Source of the DNA: Paraspadella gotoi
Taxonomy: Eukaryota > Animalia > Chaetognatha
Assembly (NCBI GenBank): GCA_051294375.1
Contig: CM119263.1
Location: 30,674,258-30,738,257 of the forward strand
Length of the DNA: 64,000 nucleotides
Direction: 5' to 3'
The position numbers were made by a program, and so were the translations under genes. The notes beneath the pieces were generated by a model, which saw only the letters and a program-made list of their open reading frames with translations, did not search any database and had not been told where the DNA came from. Positions 12,207 to 24,138 of the stretch are shown in pieces; the stretch's first letter is position 1; every line of letters starts with the position of its first letter.

Positions 12207-14206
12207 TAGTGTTCCGTTAACCGTTAATTTTTGAGGAACTTCGCTTAACCGTTAAAACTAACGTTTTTAACGGTTAACCGTTAAAATCGGTTAATTTTAT
12301 AATTAAACATTAAATTTAAAATATTAATATTTAAAACTTACTAAAGTATTTACTGGTATTTTCTCCTTAACTCCGGCTACTGAATCGTCTTTATCTTTTA
12401 TTTCAGATAGATGAGGTACACATTATAGTTGATAAATGAGAAAATTGGTTTGAAAAAACAGCATTATAATAATTTTTTTTGCCTCATAGCTTAATAAAAA
12501 TATGAAAAAATACTGAAAGAAAAAGCACAATGTAATTTTAATTCTGTATATTTTGTTTTCTCTTTCTCTCTTTTTCTTTCTTTCTTTCATTTTCGCTTTT
12601 TCTTTTTCTCTTCCTCATTATTTTTATAGTTGTTAGTATTTCATTGAAAGCATGTTTTCTGTTGTTAGTCTTTCAATAACCCATGACTATAAAATAATAA
12701 TATGAATATTAGGTTAAGACTTCTTTCAAGTTATCTTAACATGTGAAGAGACAGTAATTATTGATAAGTGTTAATGACAGAACCGTTCAATATAAGCAGT
12801 TCTGAGCTTCGGATCAGGCTGTAACACCATGTTACAGGCGGGTTAAGCGCCCCGTCCCTCTTAACTGCAGACGACCACGGCTAGAACCCCGGACCTTTGG
12901 TGGGAGGCGAATGACTTGCCTCGGGCACCAATGGCCGCTGATGAAGGTTGGTGGATTTTAGTCCACCATACATCCCCCTCCCATAGGGAGAAGTCTGTTG
13001 CGTCTCTTCAGTGAATTGTTGTTGGTGGAAAGTTCGTCACCAAGTTGAGGCATGTCGCCTGATGTGTTGTGGGCGGAAAGTGCATCGCCAGGTTGGGCAT
13101 GTCGCCTGAAAGTGTTGTTGTTGCTGTTGTGTTCGGAGTCGGGCTCACCAATGAAGAGACAGTGATTATTGATATATGTTAATGACAGAACCGTTCAATA
13201 TAAGCAGTTCCTGAGCTTCGGATCAGGCTGTAACACCATGTTACAGGCGGGTTAAGCGCCCCGTCCCTCTTAACTGCCAGACGCACACCGGGCTAGAACC
13301 CCGGACCTTTGGGTTGGGAGAAATGACTTGCCTCCGGCACCAATGGCCGCTGATGAACGGTTGGTGGATTTTAGTCCACCATACATGGAATAAAAACCCA
13401 TTGTTTGTAAACAAATAAACTTTGTTTTCTTTTAATTATGAATATCAATTTATTAATTGAATGGTTGAATGATCGATTGATCAAAAGACTTATTAATTAA
13501 TAAATATTTTTTTAAATTTTATTAAAGTAAAGTATATCATCATTGAAGGATAGTTTTAGTTTGCCTTAATGTCTTTTCAAAGATTCATTCCTTCTGTTGT
13601 TCATTTTTTAAATGTTTTTCTAATAATTTTTTTATTTTAGTTTTTTTAATTTTTTCATTCATTCGGCTTTATTTATTTACTTCTTTGTTCGTTTTAAAAA
13701 TTGAAAGAAAAATCTAAAAAAAGTAAAATAAGAAAGATCTTTTTTTATTTAGCAAAATAGAATATTATTGCATGTAAAAATTTGATTAGCAAAAAAATAT
13801 ATGTAGATGCATATTATATTTCAAAATATTCTTTGATGTAAATGTATAAAATTAGCTGAAAGTAAAAACGAAAACAATTGGGAGAAAGTAAAAAAATTAC
13901 CGGAAGGGCAGAAAAAAATGATAATAGATTAGGAAAGAAAAAGATTAAAAGGGTTGAAAATAACAAAGAAAAAAAAGGGGAAAATATAAAACAGAGAGAG
14001 GGGCAAAAATAAAATGAGAAAGGGAGAGGAGAATAAGGAAAAAAAATTTTTTTCTTAAAAAATCAAAGTTTTCATAACAAAAAATAACAAAAATCATACT
14101 TGAAAATTAACCGAATTTAACCGTTAAAATAAATATATTAACGGTTAAGTTAAAATTATTTTTAACCGTTAATAACCGTTAACTGTTTACGGTTATTGGA
14201 ACTCTA
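12207..14206. mobile_element. Non-autonomous hAT-like DNA transposon
   Basis: Imperfect TIR tagtgttccgttaaccgt / acggttattggaactcta; 8-bp TSD atcccgac at 12199-12206 and 14207-14214; clustered subterminal AACCGTT/AACGGTT motifs. Confidence 0.85.
12744..13383 (-). mobile_element. TRIM family A, full copy
   Basis: LTRs 12744-12970 and 13152-13383; PBS TGGTGAGCCCGAC; PPT gggaggggga; 4-bp TSD catg. Confidence 0.9.
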
Positions 14207-15240
14207 ATCCCGACTCTATAATTCACTTTGTCGGTCCGTCGGGCCGCCCCCTCAATATTGTCGGGCAATCACTTACATCATGTCAGAACATCAAATAATG
14301 ATAAATTATGCAAAAAAATGATTTCCGTCCGTCTGTCTGTCTGTCCGTCCGTCCCACCTTAGCAAAAAGCTCCAATAACTCGTGATTGGGTGGTTAGATT
14401 GGAATGAAATTTTGTGTGTGGGTAGGAAAGTGTGTGATGAAGTTGGATATAAAGTTTCGATGGAATCGTGCGAGTGGAAATGAGTTTAAATGGAAAAAAC
14501 ATAAGTAGCATTTACTAAAATATTTTTACTTATTTTAACCAATAATTACTCTAATTAATTATAATTGGATGAATAGATTGAGTTGAAATTTTGTGTGTGG
14601 GTAGGAAAGTTTGTGCCGAAGCTTGATATAAAGTTTTGATGGAAACGTGCGAGTGGAAATGAGTTTCAATGAAAAAATATGAGTCACATTTACTTCAATC
14701 TTTTTACTTGTTTTAATCCATAATTACTCGAATTAATTATAATTGAATTAATAGATTGAGATGAAATTTTGTGTGCGGGTAGGAAAGTATGTGAAGAAAC
14801 TAGATATAAAGTTTTGATGGAATCGTGCCAGTGGAAATGAGTTTAAATAGAAAAAAAAATTAAATTTACTTGAATCTTTATTATTTATGATTACTAATAA
14901 ATGTTTTAATAAATAAATTAATTAATTAATGTGAAAAAATGATGCAATTTAAAAAAAATTTGCAAGTTAAAAAAATTATGCAAATGAAAAAAAATGATGT
15001 AGGTTAAAAAAATGATGCAAGATAAAAAAATGATGCAAGTTGAAAAAATGATGCAAATTGTAAAAATGATTCAAATTGAAAAAATGATGTGAGTTGAAAA
15101 AATGATGTGAGTGGAAAAAAGTATTAGGAGTTGAAAAAATGATGCAAGTTATTTAAAAAAATATTGTGATTTATCATCTGATTAGCTGATTACCGCTTAA
15201 TTATCGTAGGCAGATCCGACATTGTTTGCTCAAACTTGTT
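14207..15240 (+). mobile_element. H1 HINE-like element (5' hairpin split by the hAT insertion)
   Basis: cagcagatcccgac at 12193-12206 continues as atcccgactctata at 14207; (gtct/gtcc)n; 3' end gcagatccgacattgtttgctcaaacttgtt. Confidence 0.8.
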
Positions 15241-15465
15241 ATTTTTCAATTTTTGCATACGCTCTTATTTTTACATATTACTTACCATAAAAAAATGTTA
15301 AAATTTTCAAATGTTTTTTCTTATTTTTAAAAGCAGATTCGAATTCCTCATGAAAAGTTGATAAAAGGAAACTCTTAGTAAGCCTATTCCATTAAGTGGT
15401 CCCAAATTCCTAAAAAAACTATTATTATTAACCTATAATTAAATTTTATTATATAAAAAATATAG

Positions 15466-16203
15466 TTTTTTAGTCGGATCTGCTTATCAGCAGATCCCGA
15501 CTCTATAACTCACTTTGTCGGTCCGTCGTCCGCCCCCTCAATATTGTCCGGCACACACTTATACATGTCAGAACATCGAATTATGATAAATTATGCAAAA
15601 AAAAACGATGTCCGTCTGTCCGTCGTCGTCCGTCCGTCCGTCCGTCCGTCGTCCTCCGTCCCGTCCGTCCCACCTTAGCAAAAAACTCACAATTACTCGT
15701 GATTGGATGGATGGATTGGTATGAAATTTTGTGTGTGGGTAGGAAACAGTGTGATTGAGATGGATATGAAGTTTCGAGGGAAATCGTGCGAGTGAAATTG
15801 GTTTAAATGGAAAAAACAAAAAAAATATATTTCACTATTTCAACGCCAATTGCTCATGAGTGGATAAGGCAATTGACTTGAAATTTTGTATGATGGTAGG
15901 GAAGTGTGAGATTGAGCGGATATAAAGTTTCGATGGAATCGTGCGAGTTAAAATGGAAAAAAACAAAAGTCTATTACTTGAAGTATTTTTACTTAAATTT
16001 ACTCATCAATTATTATGTTTATTAAAAATTGGATATGATGATCGAAATGAATTGTTGTGTGTGGGTAGGAAAGTATGTGATAAAGCTGGATATAAATTTT
16101 TTGATGGAATCGTAGGAGTGGAAAAGAGTTCAAATTAGAAAACCAAAAGACACATTTATTTGAATTTTTAAAGTTTCTCTCTCTCTATCTCTCTCGATGA
16201 TTG

Positions 16204-16240
<37 letters not shown>

Positions 16241-17516
16241 CAAATTATGCCAATTGACAAAAATATGCCAGTTGACCAAATTCTTAAAGTTCAACCAAAT
16301 TATGCCAGTTGACCAAATTCTGCAAGTTGATCAAGTTCTGCAAGTTGACCAATTATGCCTGTTGACCAAATTATGCCTGTTGACCAAACATGCGTTGACC
16401 AATATGCCAGTTGACCAAATATTATGCCAGTTGACCAAATTATGCCAGTTGACCAAAATTATGCTAGTTGACCAAATTAGGCAAGTTGAATACATTATTG
16501 CCATGGCAAATTATGCGTGATTGACCAAATTATCTTAATTGATTGCACAATTATGTCAGTTGACCAAATTATGTCAGTTGACCAAATTATGTCAGTTGAC
16601 CCAAATTATGTCATTGACCAAATTATGTCAGTTGACCAAATTATGTCAGTTGACCAAATTATGTCAGTTAACCAAATTATTCAGTTGACCAAATTTATGC
16701 ATGATTAAAATTATGCAAGTTGAACAAGTTAGCTTATTACCACTTAATTATCGATTGACCTGGAATTTTTTATGTGAGTAGAAAAGTGTGTGATTGAGAC
16801 AGGAAACCAAGTTTCGATGGAATCTTTTGAGTGGAAATGAGTTTAATGGAAAAAAACAAAAAACCTGTTTCACTAATTGATTATGATTCTTTTTCCTTTT
16901 ATATTAAATGTATATGCAGGATGTATTATAAATCAAATAATTAATCAGTTATAAATCAATTAGCTAATAAATATCAATAATTAATTAATCAGTCAATCAA
17001 TCCGTCCATCCGTCCCACCTTAGCAAAAAGCTCCAATAACTCGTGATTGGCTGGTTGGATTGGAAAGAAATTTTTGTGTGTGGTAGGAAAGTGTGTGATA
17101 AGCTGGATATAAAGTTTTATGGAATCGTGTGAGTTTAAAAGGAAAAAACATAAGTCGCATTTACAAATATTTTTAATTATTTTAACCAATAAGTACCTTA
17201 ATATCATAATTGGGATGGATAGATTGAGTTCAAAATTTTTGTGGTGGGTAGAAAAATTGTGTAACGATGCTTTGATATAAAGTTTCGGTGGAAACGTACG
17301 AGTGAAATGAGTTTAAATGAAAAAAATATGAGTCACATTTACTTGAATCTTTTTACTTATTTAACCCATAATAGATTGAGATGAAATTTGTGAGCGGGTA
17401 GGAAAGTGTAGTGAGAGAAGAACTAGATATAAAGTTTTGACGGAATTGTGCCAGTGGAAATGAGTTTAATGGAAAAAACATAAGTTACATTTACTTGAAT
17501 CTTTATTATTTATGAG

Positions 17517-17570
<54 letters not shown>

Positions 17571-18326
17571 AAGAGAGAGCAGAAAATGAGCATAGGATCG
17601 TCGCATTGAAAGAGAGAGAGAGAGCAGAAAAATGAGCATAAGGATCGTTGCAATTGCAAAGAGAGAGAGAGAGAGAGAGAGAGAAAGAAAGAAAGAGAGA
17701 GAGTCCGAAATAATGTCCGAAGTATTTACATTGTTAATCAACCAAATGTAGAAGAGCATTGAGGTGACAAACGGCATTGAACGGCATGATTGAACGACAT
17801 GAAACGATAAACGGATGGACGGATTGGAACGCTGTGGACTATAAAAGATAATATAAACGAATTAATAAAAACCTTAATATAAAATTAAATCAAGTAAAGA
17901 AACATTAAAACAAACCTGCTTCACGCTCGTAAAGCTTGAGAAACTACTAATATTAATTCTTACTTTCTCTCACACAAGGTAAGTTTCTCTCACTCAGATA
18001 TAAGTAAACGTTTTAGGCAAAAAGAGACAACGATTTTTGGGAAAAAAAATTTTTTTTCCTTTTACTACTAAATCGATTTTCAATGTAACTTTTTTATTTA
18101 GTTCATTGGGTTGTTGCACTGAAGCTTTTAAAATTTATTAATATATAATAATTATATAAAGTTTTGACGGAATTGTGCCAGTGGAAATGAGTTTAGATGG
18201 ATAAAACATAAGTAACATTTATTTGAATCTTTAATATTAATGATTACTAATAAATGTTTTAATTAATTATTAATTAATGTGAAAAAATGATGCAAGTTAA
18301 AAAAATCTTTAGATGTCGCAATTGAT

Positions 18327-18364
<38 letters not shown>

Positions 18365-18600
18365 GAGTGAGAGAGACAAGGAGACATAAAATAAAATAAG
18401 GATATTTTTGTTTTGATAAAATGTAAACCAAAACATCTTTAATAACTGTCCTAACCCAATTTTAAGGACATCGATGATGATAAGTTGAATATAAATTTAA
18501 AATATAATTATTACATATTAAAATTATAATTAATTAATTAATCGATTAATTAATTAATTAATTATCGTAGGCAGATCCGACATTGTTTCTCAAACTTGTT
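15466..18600 (+). mobile_element. H1 HINE-like composite element(s)
   Basis: 5' T-run + hairpin at 15466-15503, (gtcc)n, subrepeats, internal 18-bp satellite and (ga)n, family 3' terminus ending at 18600. Confidence 0.7.
16240..16730 (+). repeat. 18-bp minisatellite (gttgaccaaattatgcca)n inside H1
   Basis: More than 20 degenerate tandem units; inverted copy of the same array at 33700-34147. Confidence 0.9.
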
Positions 18601-18820
18601 TCTTAAGGATTAAGATTTAAAAATTCAAAGAGATTAAGAATTAAGGTTTAAAAATTCATAAACTTAGTATATAATAATGTGTGATAATGGTAATAAATAA
18701 TAAACCAATAAAAACTAATGTATAGTGACGCTACTAACTCAATTCAGTAGTCTATAGTAACTAATAATAGTAATAATAATAGTAATAATGATAATAATAG
18801 TTTTATACTAATAATCATAG

Positions 18821-19154
18821 CATTTAAGTAAGTAGACAGGGATTTAAACATGAAACCAAAGTGGATATTTATTTCAATAAGAACAAGCGCAAGTCGGTGT
18901 CAGATTTGAGACAGAGTGAATCAAAGCAGAAACAGAGGCTATTTATAATGGGCAAGTAGACGAAGCCAGATTCCTCTTCCGGAATCCTCCTCTTCCTCTT
19001 CTGGAACCTTCTTTTCCTCTTCCGGAAACTATTGTTCCTTTTCTGGATTTGGCTTCCAAAATCCCGTTCGAAATCATTCCAGAATCTTCTTCCTCTTCCG
19101 GAATCCTCTTCCTTAATCCTTTCCTCTGTTTCCGGGTTTCATTCATCTGTGATG
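18821..19154 (-). repeat. 3' LTR (termini CAT...ATG)
   Basis: Near identical to 28040-28373; - strand TATAAATA and AATAAA motifs; purine-rich internal repeats. Confidence 0.95.
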
Positions 19155-19156
19155 CG

Positions 19157-19168
19157 TCCCCCCCTCCT
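19157..19168 (-). promoter_or_regulatory. Polypurine tract
   Basis: aggaggggggga, 2 nt before the 3' LTR on the - strand. Confidence 0.9.
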
Positions 19169-19224
19169 CAGACGACGGCGTACGTGGTCAGTCGGTAGCC
19201 GGAGTGGGGATGGGTATGAAGATC

Positions 19225-19377
19225 TTATCTTGTGCTTGTTCCCAGGTTATGGTCAGTATCTGTCTTAGCGCTGATGTCGGTCTTGCGGCGTATCGCGGGC
19301 AGCAGCCCTGCCAGAACCCCTCCTGGGATGATGATGATGACGTATACCAGCATGAGTAGGTTGATGGAGGCCTTCAT
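19225..19377 (-). pseudogene. Truncated env-like ORF (signal peptide only)
   Basis: MKASINLLMLVYVIIIIPGGVLA, a signal-peptide-like sequence in the third-ORF position between the pol tail and PPT. Confidence 0.45.
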
Positions 19378-19925
19378 GGTTTTGTCTTGAAAATAACTGT
19401 TTTCCTTGTTGACCTTCAATTCGATTTTGTCTTAAGAAAGACTTGGATTTTAGTCTTGAAAAAGACTTTTTGGTTTCTTTGGTTCCGGCGTTTTTTGATG
19501 ATAATCCCTCTCTTTTGTCTGGGTTTTCTTTTGTTTGCTATCTACGATTGTTTCTACGTCGTTTCTCTACGTCTTTATTTGTAGTTCACAGCTGCGGCGT
19601 CTCAGTTTTCCGCCTTGTGGAGTTTGAGTCGCCTTCTGTGGTTATTTAGTACTGTTATAAGATCGCCTCAGCTCAAAAATTCCCTAACTCCAGAACGCCC
19701 ATGTTGATAACGGAATGTTTGATGTAGTGTAGCGCAGTGTAGTGTTAAAAACCTTCATAAACAATAACAATAATATCAGACAATTATTCTTCAAATTCAT
19801 TTCTTATTTCTTACGTAGTAGGCATCCTCAGGGGAGTGTAGAAAAATATCTTAATCTTCCGTTAACGGGCGATCCCTGGCGTTCTTTTTAACAGTACTGA
19901 GCTTTTCTAAATGGTTGGCAACGAA

Positions 19926-20520
19926 CTAACAAAGATCAGTATTTACATAACGACGCCAAGTATTGCACGCGTACGATCTCTCTTTACAGTGGTACTTCAG
20001 GTTTTGGCCACCAATTGAGACAACAAAGTGATTTCCGTCTCTTTCGATGACCCTGTGTGGCCCAGAGTAGATTCTCTTGACCTTGTTGGCAGCAGTTGTC
20101 GTTCCCGTGATGATTAAATCTCGTCTCGCCAGGACTAGGTCTCCAACCTTGATGGTTTCTGGCTTTCTGTACGGGTTGTTTCGGGCGGACTGATTATACA
20201 ACTTAGTCCTTTGATTTGCGAGATCAGATCTGGCCTTTTCTTGCCTTTCGGCCCTTCCTTTGATGAAATCGATGAGGTTCCTTTTGGTGTAATCGTCTGC
20301 TGCCTCAACAATTCTTGGTCTGTGGCTAAATTGCACTTCGTGGGGAGACATTTCCGTCTTCCATCCGATTATCGGTGTGGCGTTGAGTAACAACATGAGA
20401 TGAGGTAGTTGTTCAAGCCATCTTCTTGGTTGATCCTCTACCGCTTTTCTTAATGCCTGCCGTATCCTGCCGATGTCTCTTTCGGCTCTATTACTGTCCT
20501 TCCTTCCCACTAAGACTCGT
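19926..20520 (-). pseudogene. pol: Integrase C-terminal part (catalytic E region and GPY/F domain)
   Basis: SNRAERDIGRIRQALRK...WLEQLPHLMLLLNATP...SPHEVQF...KVGDLVL...YSGPHRV. Confidence 0.9.
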
Positions 20521-21256
20521 CTTCCTACAGCGGAAATTGTCTTGTCCCCCTTAACGCGAGAGTGATGGGGCATCTTAGCCATCACAGCACAGGACCAAGA
20601 GAATTGGTTGAGGCGGCAGCAGGGTCAAACGGGATATACACCAAAATGGTAACCGCGATCATTCGATTTTTCCTATTCCAAAAAATGAAGGCGTTCATTC
20701 AATTGCGTTGCTCCGGTCCCGATATACGAGAGCGTTAGAAGTGTATACCAAGGCCATGATTGATTCGTCGCATCAACTCATCAAGGAGGACTAAGGTTTG
20801 GAAAGATATTTTACTGAGATTCTCTAAGTGCTTTGACGACAGTCCCGCCCGAAGACATAACCCGTTACTTAGAACACGGCACTAGGAAACCATCACATGC
20901 TCGTTGGAGACCTAGTGCGCTAGGGGCGAGGGACGAAGTGTGTTACAACGTTCTATCTTACGTAGGCAGAGCGCGTTGTTGAGTGGCGAATACCGACTAA
21001 CTGCTGCAAACGGACATCGAGTCTATGATAGCCGAGGATTAATCCCTCACGTGCTGGGCCAACAGGGCCGATCATAACGAAAATCAGCAATCCGTGGATA
21101 GTCACTCTCTTGTGAGGTGGTCTCAATTGGTGGCCAAACCTGGAGATTTCCCATGGAGTACCACTGTAAAGTAGAGCGGATCATGGTCCAAGCGTCTTGG
21201 CTGGCATATGCCACTGGATTGCGTCGGTTATNNNNNNNNNNNNNNNNNNNNNNNNN

Positions 21257-21388
21257 CATCTGCTCGGCGAAGGGGAATGGCCCACGTGTAGGCAGACGCG
21301 TTGTCTGATGCTACAAGGACGTAATTGTAGCCGTTAACCAGGGGCATAAACATCACATCTATGCTGAGGGATTCCCATGGTGCGATGG
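21257..21388 (-). pseudogene. pol: Integrase core N-terminal part (first catalytic Asp)
   Basis: PWESLSIDVMFMPLVNGYNYVLVASDNASAYTWAIPL between N-gaps. Confidence 0.9.
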
Positions 21389-22049
21389 NNNNNNNNNNNN
21401 NNNNNNNNNNNNNNNNNNNNNNNNNNNNNNNNNNNNNNNNNNNNNNNNNNNNNNNNNNNNNNNNNNNNNNNNNNNNNNNNNNNNNNNNNNNNNNNNNNNN
21501 NNNNNNNNNNNNNNNNNNNNNNNNNNNNNNNNNNNNNNNNNNNNNNNNNNNNNNNNNNNNNNNNNNNNNNNNNNNNNNNNNNNNNNNNNNNNNNNNNNNN
21601 NNNNNNNNNNNNNNNNNNNNNNNNNNNNNNNNNNNNNNNNNNNNNNNNNNNNNNNNNNNNNNNNNNNNNNNNNNNNNNNNNNNNNNNNNNNNTTTGAGTT
21701 TTGTTTTTATAACCCCTGATGATGAGGATGCCATTGTCCGTTACATCAAGGTCTGTCAGGCTATTGGCGANNNNNNNNNNCGGTGGTGTCGATATCTGCT
21801 TCCAAGGTGCTGTCAACCATGGCTTCCATTTTTGCTCCTGGCCATGTTGTCTCCACCATGTCCATTGCAGTTGTTGTGATTTCGTGGGATCTTTGTTCGT
21901 TTCGCGTTTCCCTTTCTTCGTTTTCGAGTGTAATATTGACGAGGTCCTGGGGGAGACAGTCTGCCTGATGTGCGCTGGCGATTGGGCATCTCGGTCTTCC
22001 TCGTCGTTCTGGTTGTCGGAGGTTGGACACCTTGATCGTCTGGATCGAG

Positions 22050-22460
22050 TCGCCAGTGGGGGCATGCAGGGGGCGTTATAGTCCTGAATATTTTAATTAT
22101 CCTGTTTCCGTTTGGCTTCCCGTAGACCTTCTCGTATTTGCACCCGCTTTGTTGCATGGATTCCTTCTCCATCAGGATGATGGCAACGCCGATCATTTCG
22201 CTGAGAAGTTCGATTTCTGGGTGGCCTAGACTCCAGTCCTTAGCGGAGATGGTTCTGATAAATGTGTCGGCGTCTTTGGTTTTTGGTTTGCCATACAACT
22301 TTTGGATGTTTTGCCTTTTTTCTGCAAACTTTTGACGGACAAATTCGAAGAATCATTGATCTTTGAAGGCTATTGAACGTCACTCCTGGAGAAAATTTGC
22401 GCTCATAGAGGGTGGAGAGATTTAGTCGCAAATGCGCCAGTGAATCAGCGGGTCGAGATG
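22050..22460 (-). pseudogene. OTU-cysteine-protease-like insert within pol (frameshifted)
   Basis: FIRTISAKDWSLGHPEIELLSEMIGVAIILME...IKIFRTITPPACPHW resembles the OTU W.G..EI..LS...V.I...H[YW] pattern. Confidence 0.45.
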
Positions 22461-24138
22461 CTTCCGATGCCTGTTGTTCTTCAAACAGGGGTTTGTCGAG
22501 CTAAGCCATGCTTCGTAGTTGCCTTCGATGTCAAAACCTGCGGGGAAGAAGGGGGTGTCCAGCGGGGTCACTTGCCCTTGATCCGTGAAGCGTGTGAGGA
22601 AATCTGCTGGATTGTCCTCACTTTTTACAAGTATCACTTCCTTCGGTTGACATTCTTGGCGGATTTCGGAGATCCACCTCAGGACGTTTGTGGGGAGAAG
22701 CTGCTGCTTGTCGTGTTGCATGTCCATGATCCTCTTAAAATATTGTGAGTCTGTGACCAGGGTTACTCTTCTGCCGCATGTGTAACCTTTGAATTTCCTG
22801 ACCATCATGTTGAAGGCCAGGGTTTCGAGGACGTTTATGTGTTTAATTCTGTATTCCTCTGGAAACGACTTTGAGTGGAATGATAACGGGTATTCTACGC
22901 CATCTGCTGTTGCAGTGATGAGCCCACCCATTGCGCTGGTGCTGGCGTCAGCGTAGATTCTGTAGGATCCGTTTTTTATCCTGGCATCATTGAGGAAATT
23001 TAAACCGGGAGAGTCCTTGATTTCGTTTATTAGGGTTTGGAGCATGGCAATGTGTTTCTCAGTAAGCTTAAAATCTTTTTTGTCAAGGAGTGTAAGGGCG
23101 TGGAGAGGTTGGGCAATGTAGGAAAATTGATGCGTAAAACATCTATAGTAATTGAGGGAGGCAAGCATTGCCCTCAATTCTTTTTGAGTTTTGAGCGACT
23201 TCAGTTTGACTTCGACTGCCTCAAGTTTTCTTTTTTGTGACATGAGTTTGCTCCTTGAGATGCTAAAACCCAAAATTTTGATGTCCTCCTTCCGGAGGAG
23301 CACGCTCTTTGTCCACTTGAGGACGACGTTCTCGTCCCTGCATCTCTGGAGTAGGTCGCGAAGTCGTTGTGCCATGTCCTCGGGTGATTTTGCAGTTAGA
23401 ATAAGATCGTCTACATACACAAGGAAGCTTTTGACATCTGTGCCTAGATCCTTGAAGATTTCGTCAAGGATTGCCTGGAGCACATTGACGCTGTTGACTC
23501 CTCCCATTGGTAACTTATTCATCCACAATTGTGGCTGGCTCCCGCAAAGGTTGTGACGGGTTTGCAACGGTCTGAGAGATTCACTTGGTGGAAACAAGCA
23601 AGAATGTCGACTGAGCATTGCCGCTCGTGTGGTTTATATTGTTCGAGGATGGACGTGATGTCTGTGGTTCGGTAGCGTACGTTGAGATGTTATTTACGGC
23701 GGATAGGTCGCAAATAAGTCTCCATTGTTTTGCAAATGTTTTGTCGTTCATGTCGTCCTGACCTTCCGCTATATGTCCTGGTTTTTTGATAAGGAAGGCG
23801 TTGGAGTAGGCTTCATTTCTGGTTCTGGATACGATGCCCGCCTTCTCATATACTTCCAAGTATCTCTTTAACGCCGCTTTTTTTACCGGGCCTTGGTTCA
23901 CGAACTTTGGTTTTGGTAGGTCCTCATCGGTGAAGCCGAGGTCTACCTTATAGTTTAGGAAACCTTCCTTGCAGTCATTGATAGTTTCTCCAAAAACGTC
24001 CCTATATTCCCAGACAATTTCCCAGACAAGATGGGCTTTTTCCTGAAGGCTGGGGTCGACGTCCTTGAAGGGTTTGAGGAAGGCCTTCTTGCCACGTGCG
24101 TCATGCTTTTCACGCCTTTTTTGACGTGCCTCCTCCAC
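22422..24138 (-). pseudogene. pol: Reverse transcriptase + RNase H (frameshift near 23600)
   Basis: AFLIKKP...WRLICDLSAVN; LPMG; YVDD; ILGF; RNase H YADAS...FHSK...ETLA...VTDS...NPADFLTR. Confidence 0.95.

Noticed and set aside
16236-16708. Repetitive ORFs (LCQLTK / MSVDQI; also 33472-34173) and CRISPR-like periodicity
   Set aside because: Translations of an 18-bp tandem minisatellite with no unique spacers, inside a TE
18943-19146. 67-aa basic ORF MNETRKQ... duplicated at 28162-28365
   Set aside because: Lies within the purine-rich LTR; duplicated only because the LTR is
20540-21231. Inverted, diverged second copy of the integrase C-terminus (ORF 21117 VSIGGQ...YHCK mirrors 19926 VSIGGQNLKYHCK)
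   Set aside because: It is the reverse complement of ~19960-20340 riddled with random insertions and ends at a 25-N gap; typical of an unpolished fold-back long read used in gap filling
22440-23556. + strand ORFs overlapping pol and gag
   Set aside because: Antisense shadows of GC-rich coding sequence with no recognisable motifs
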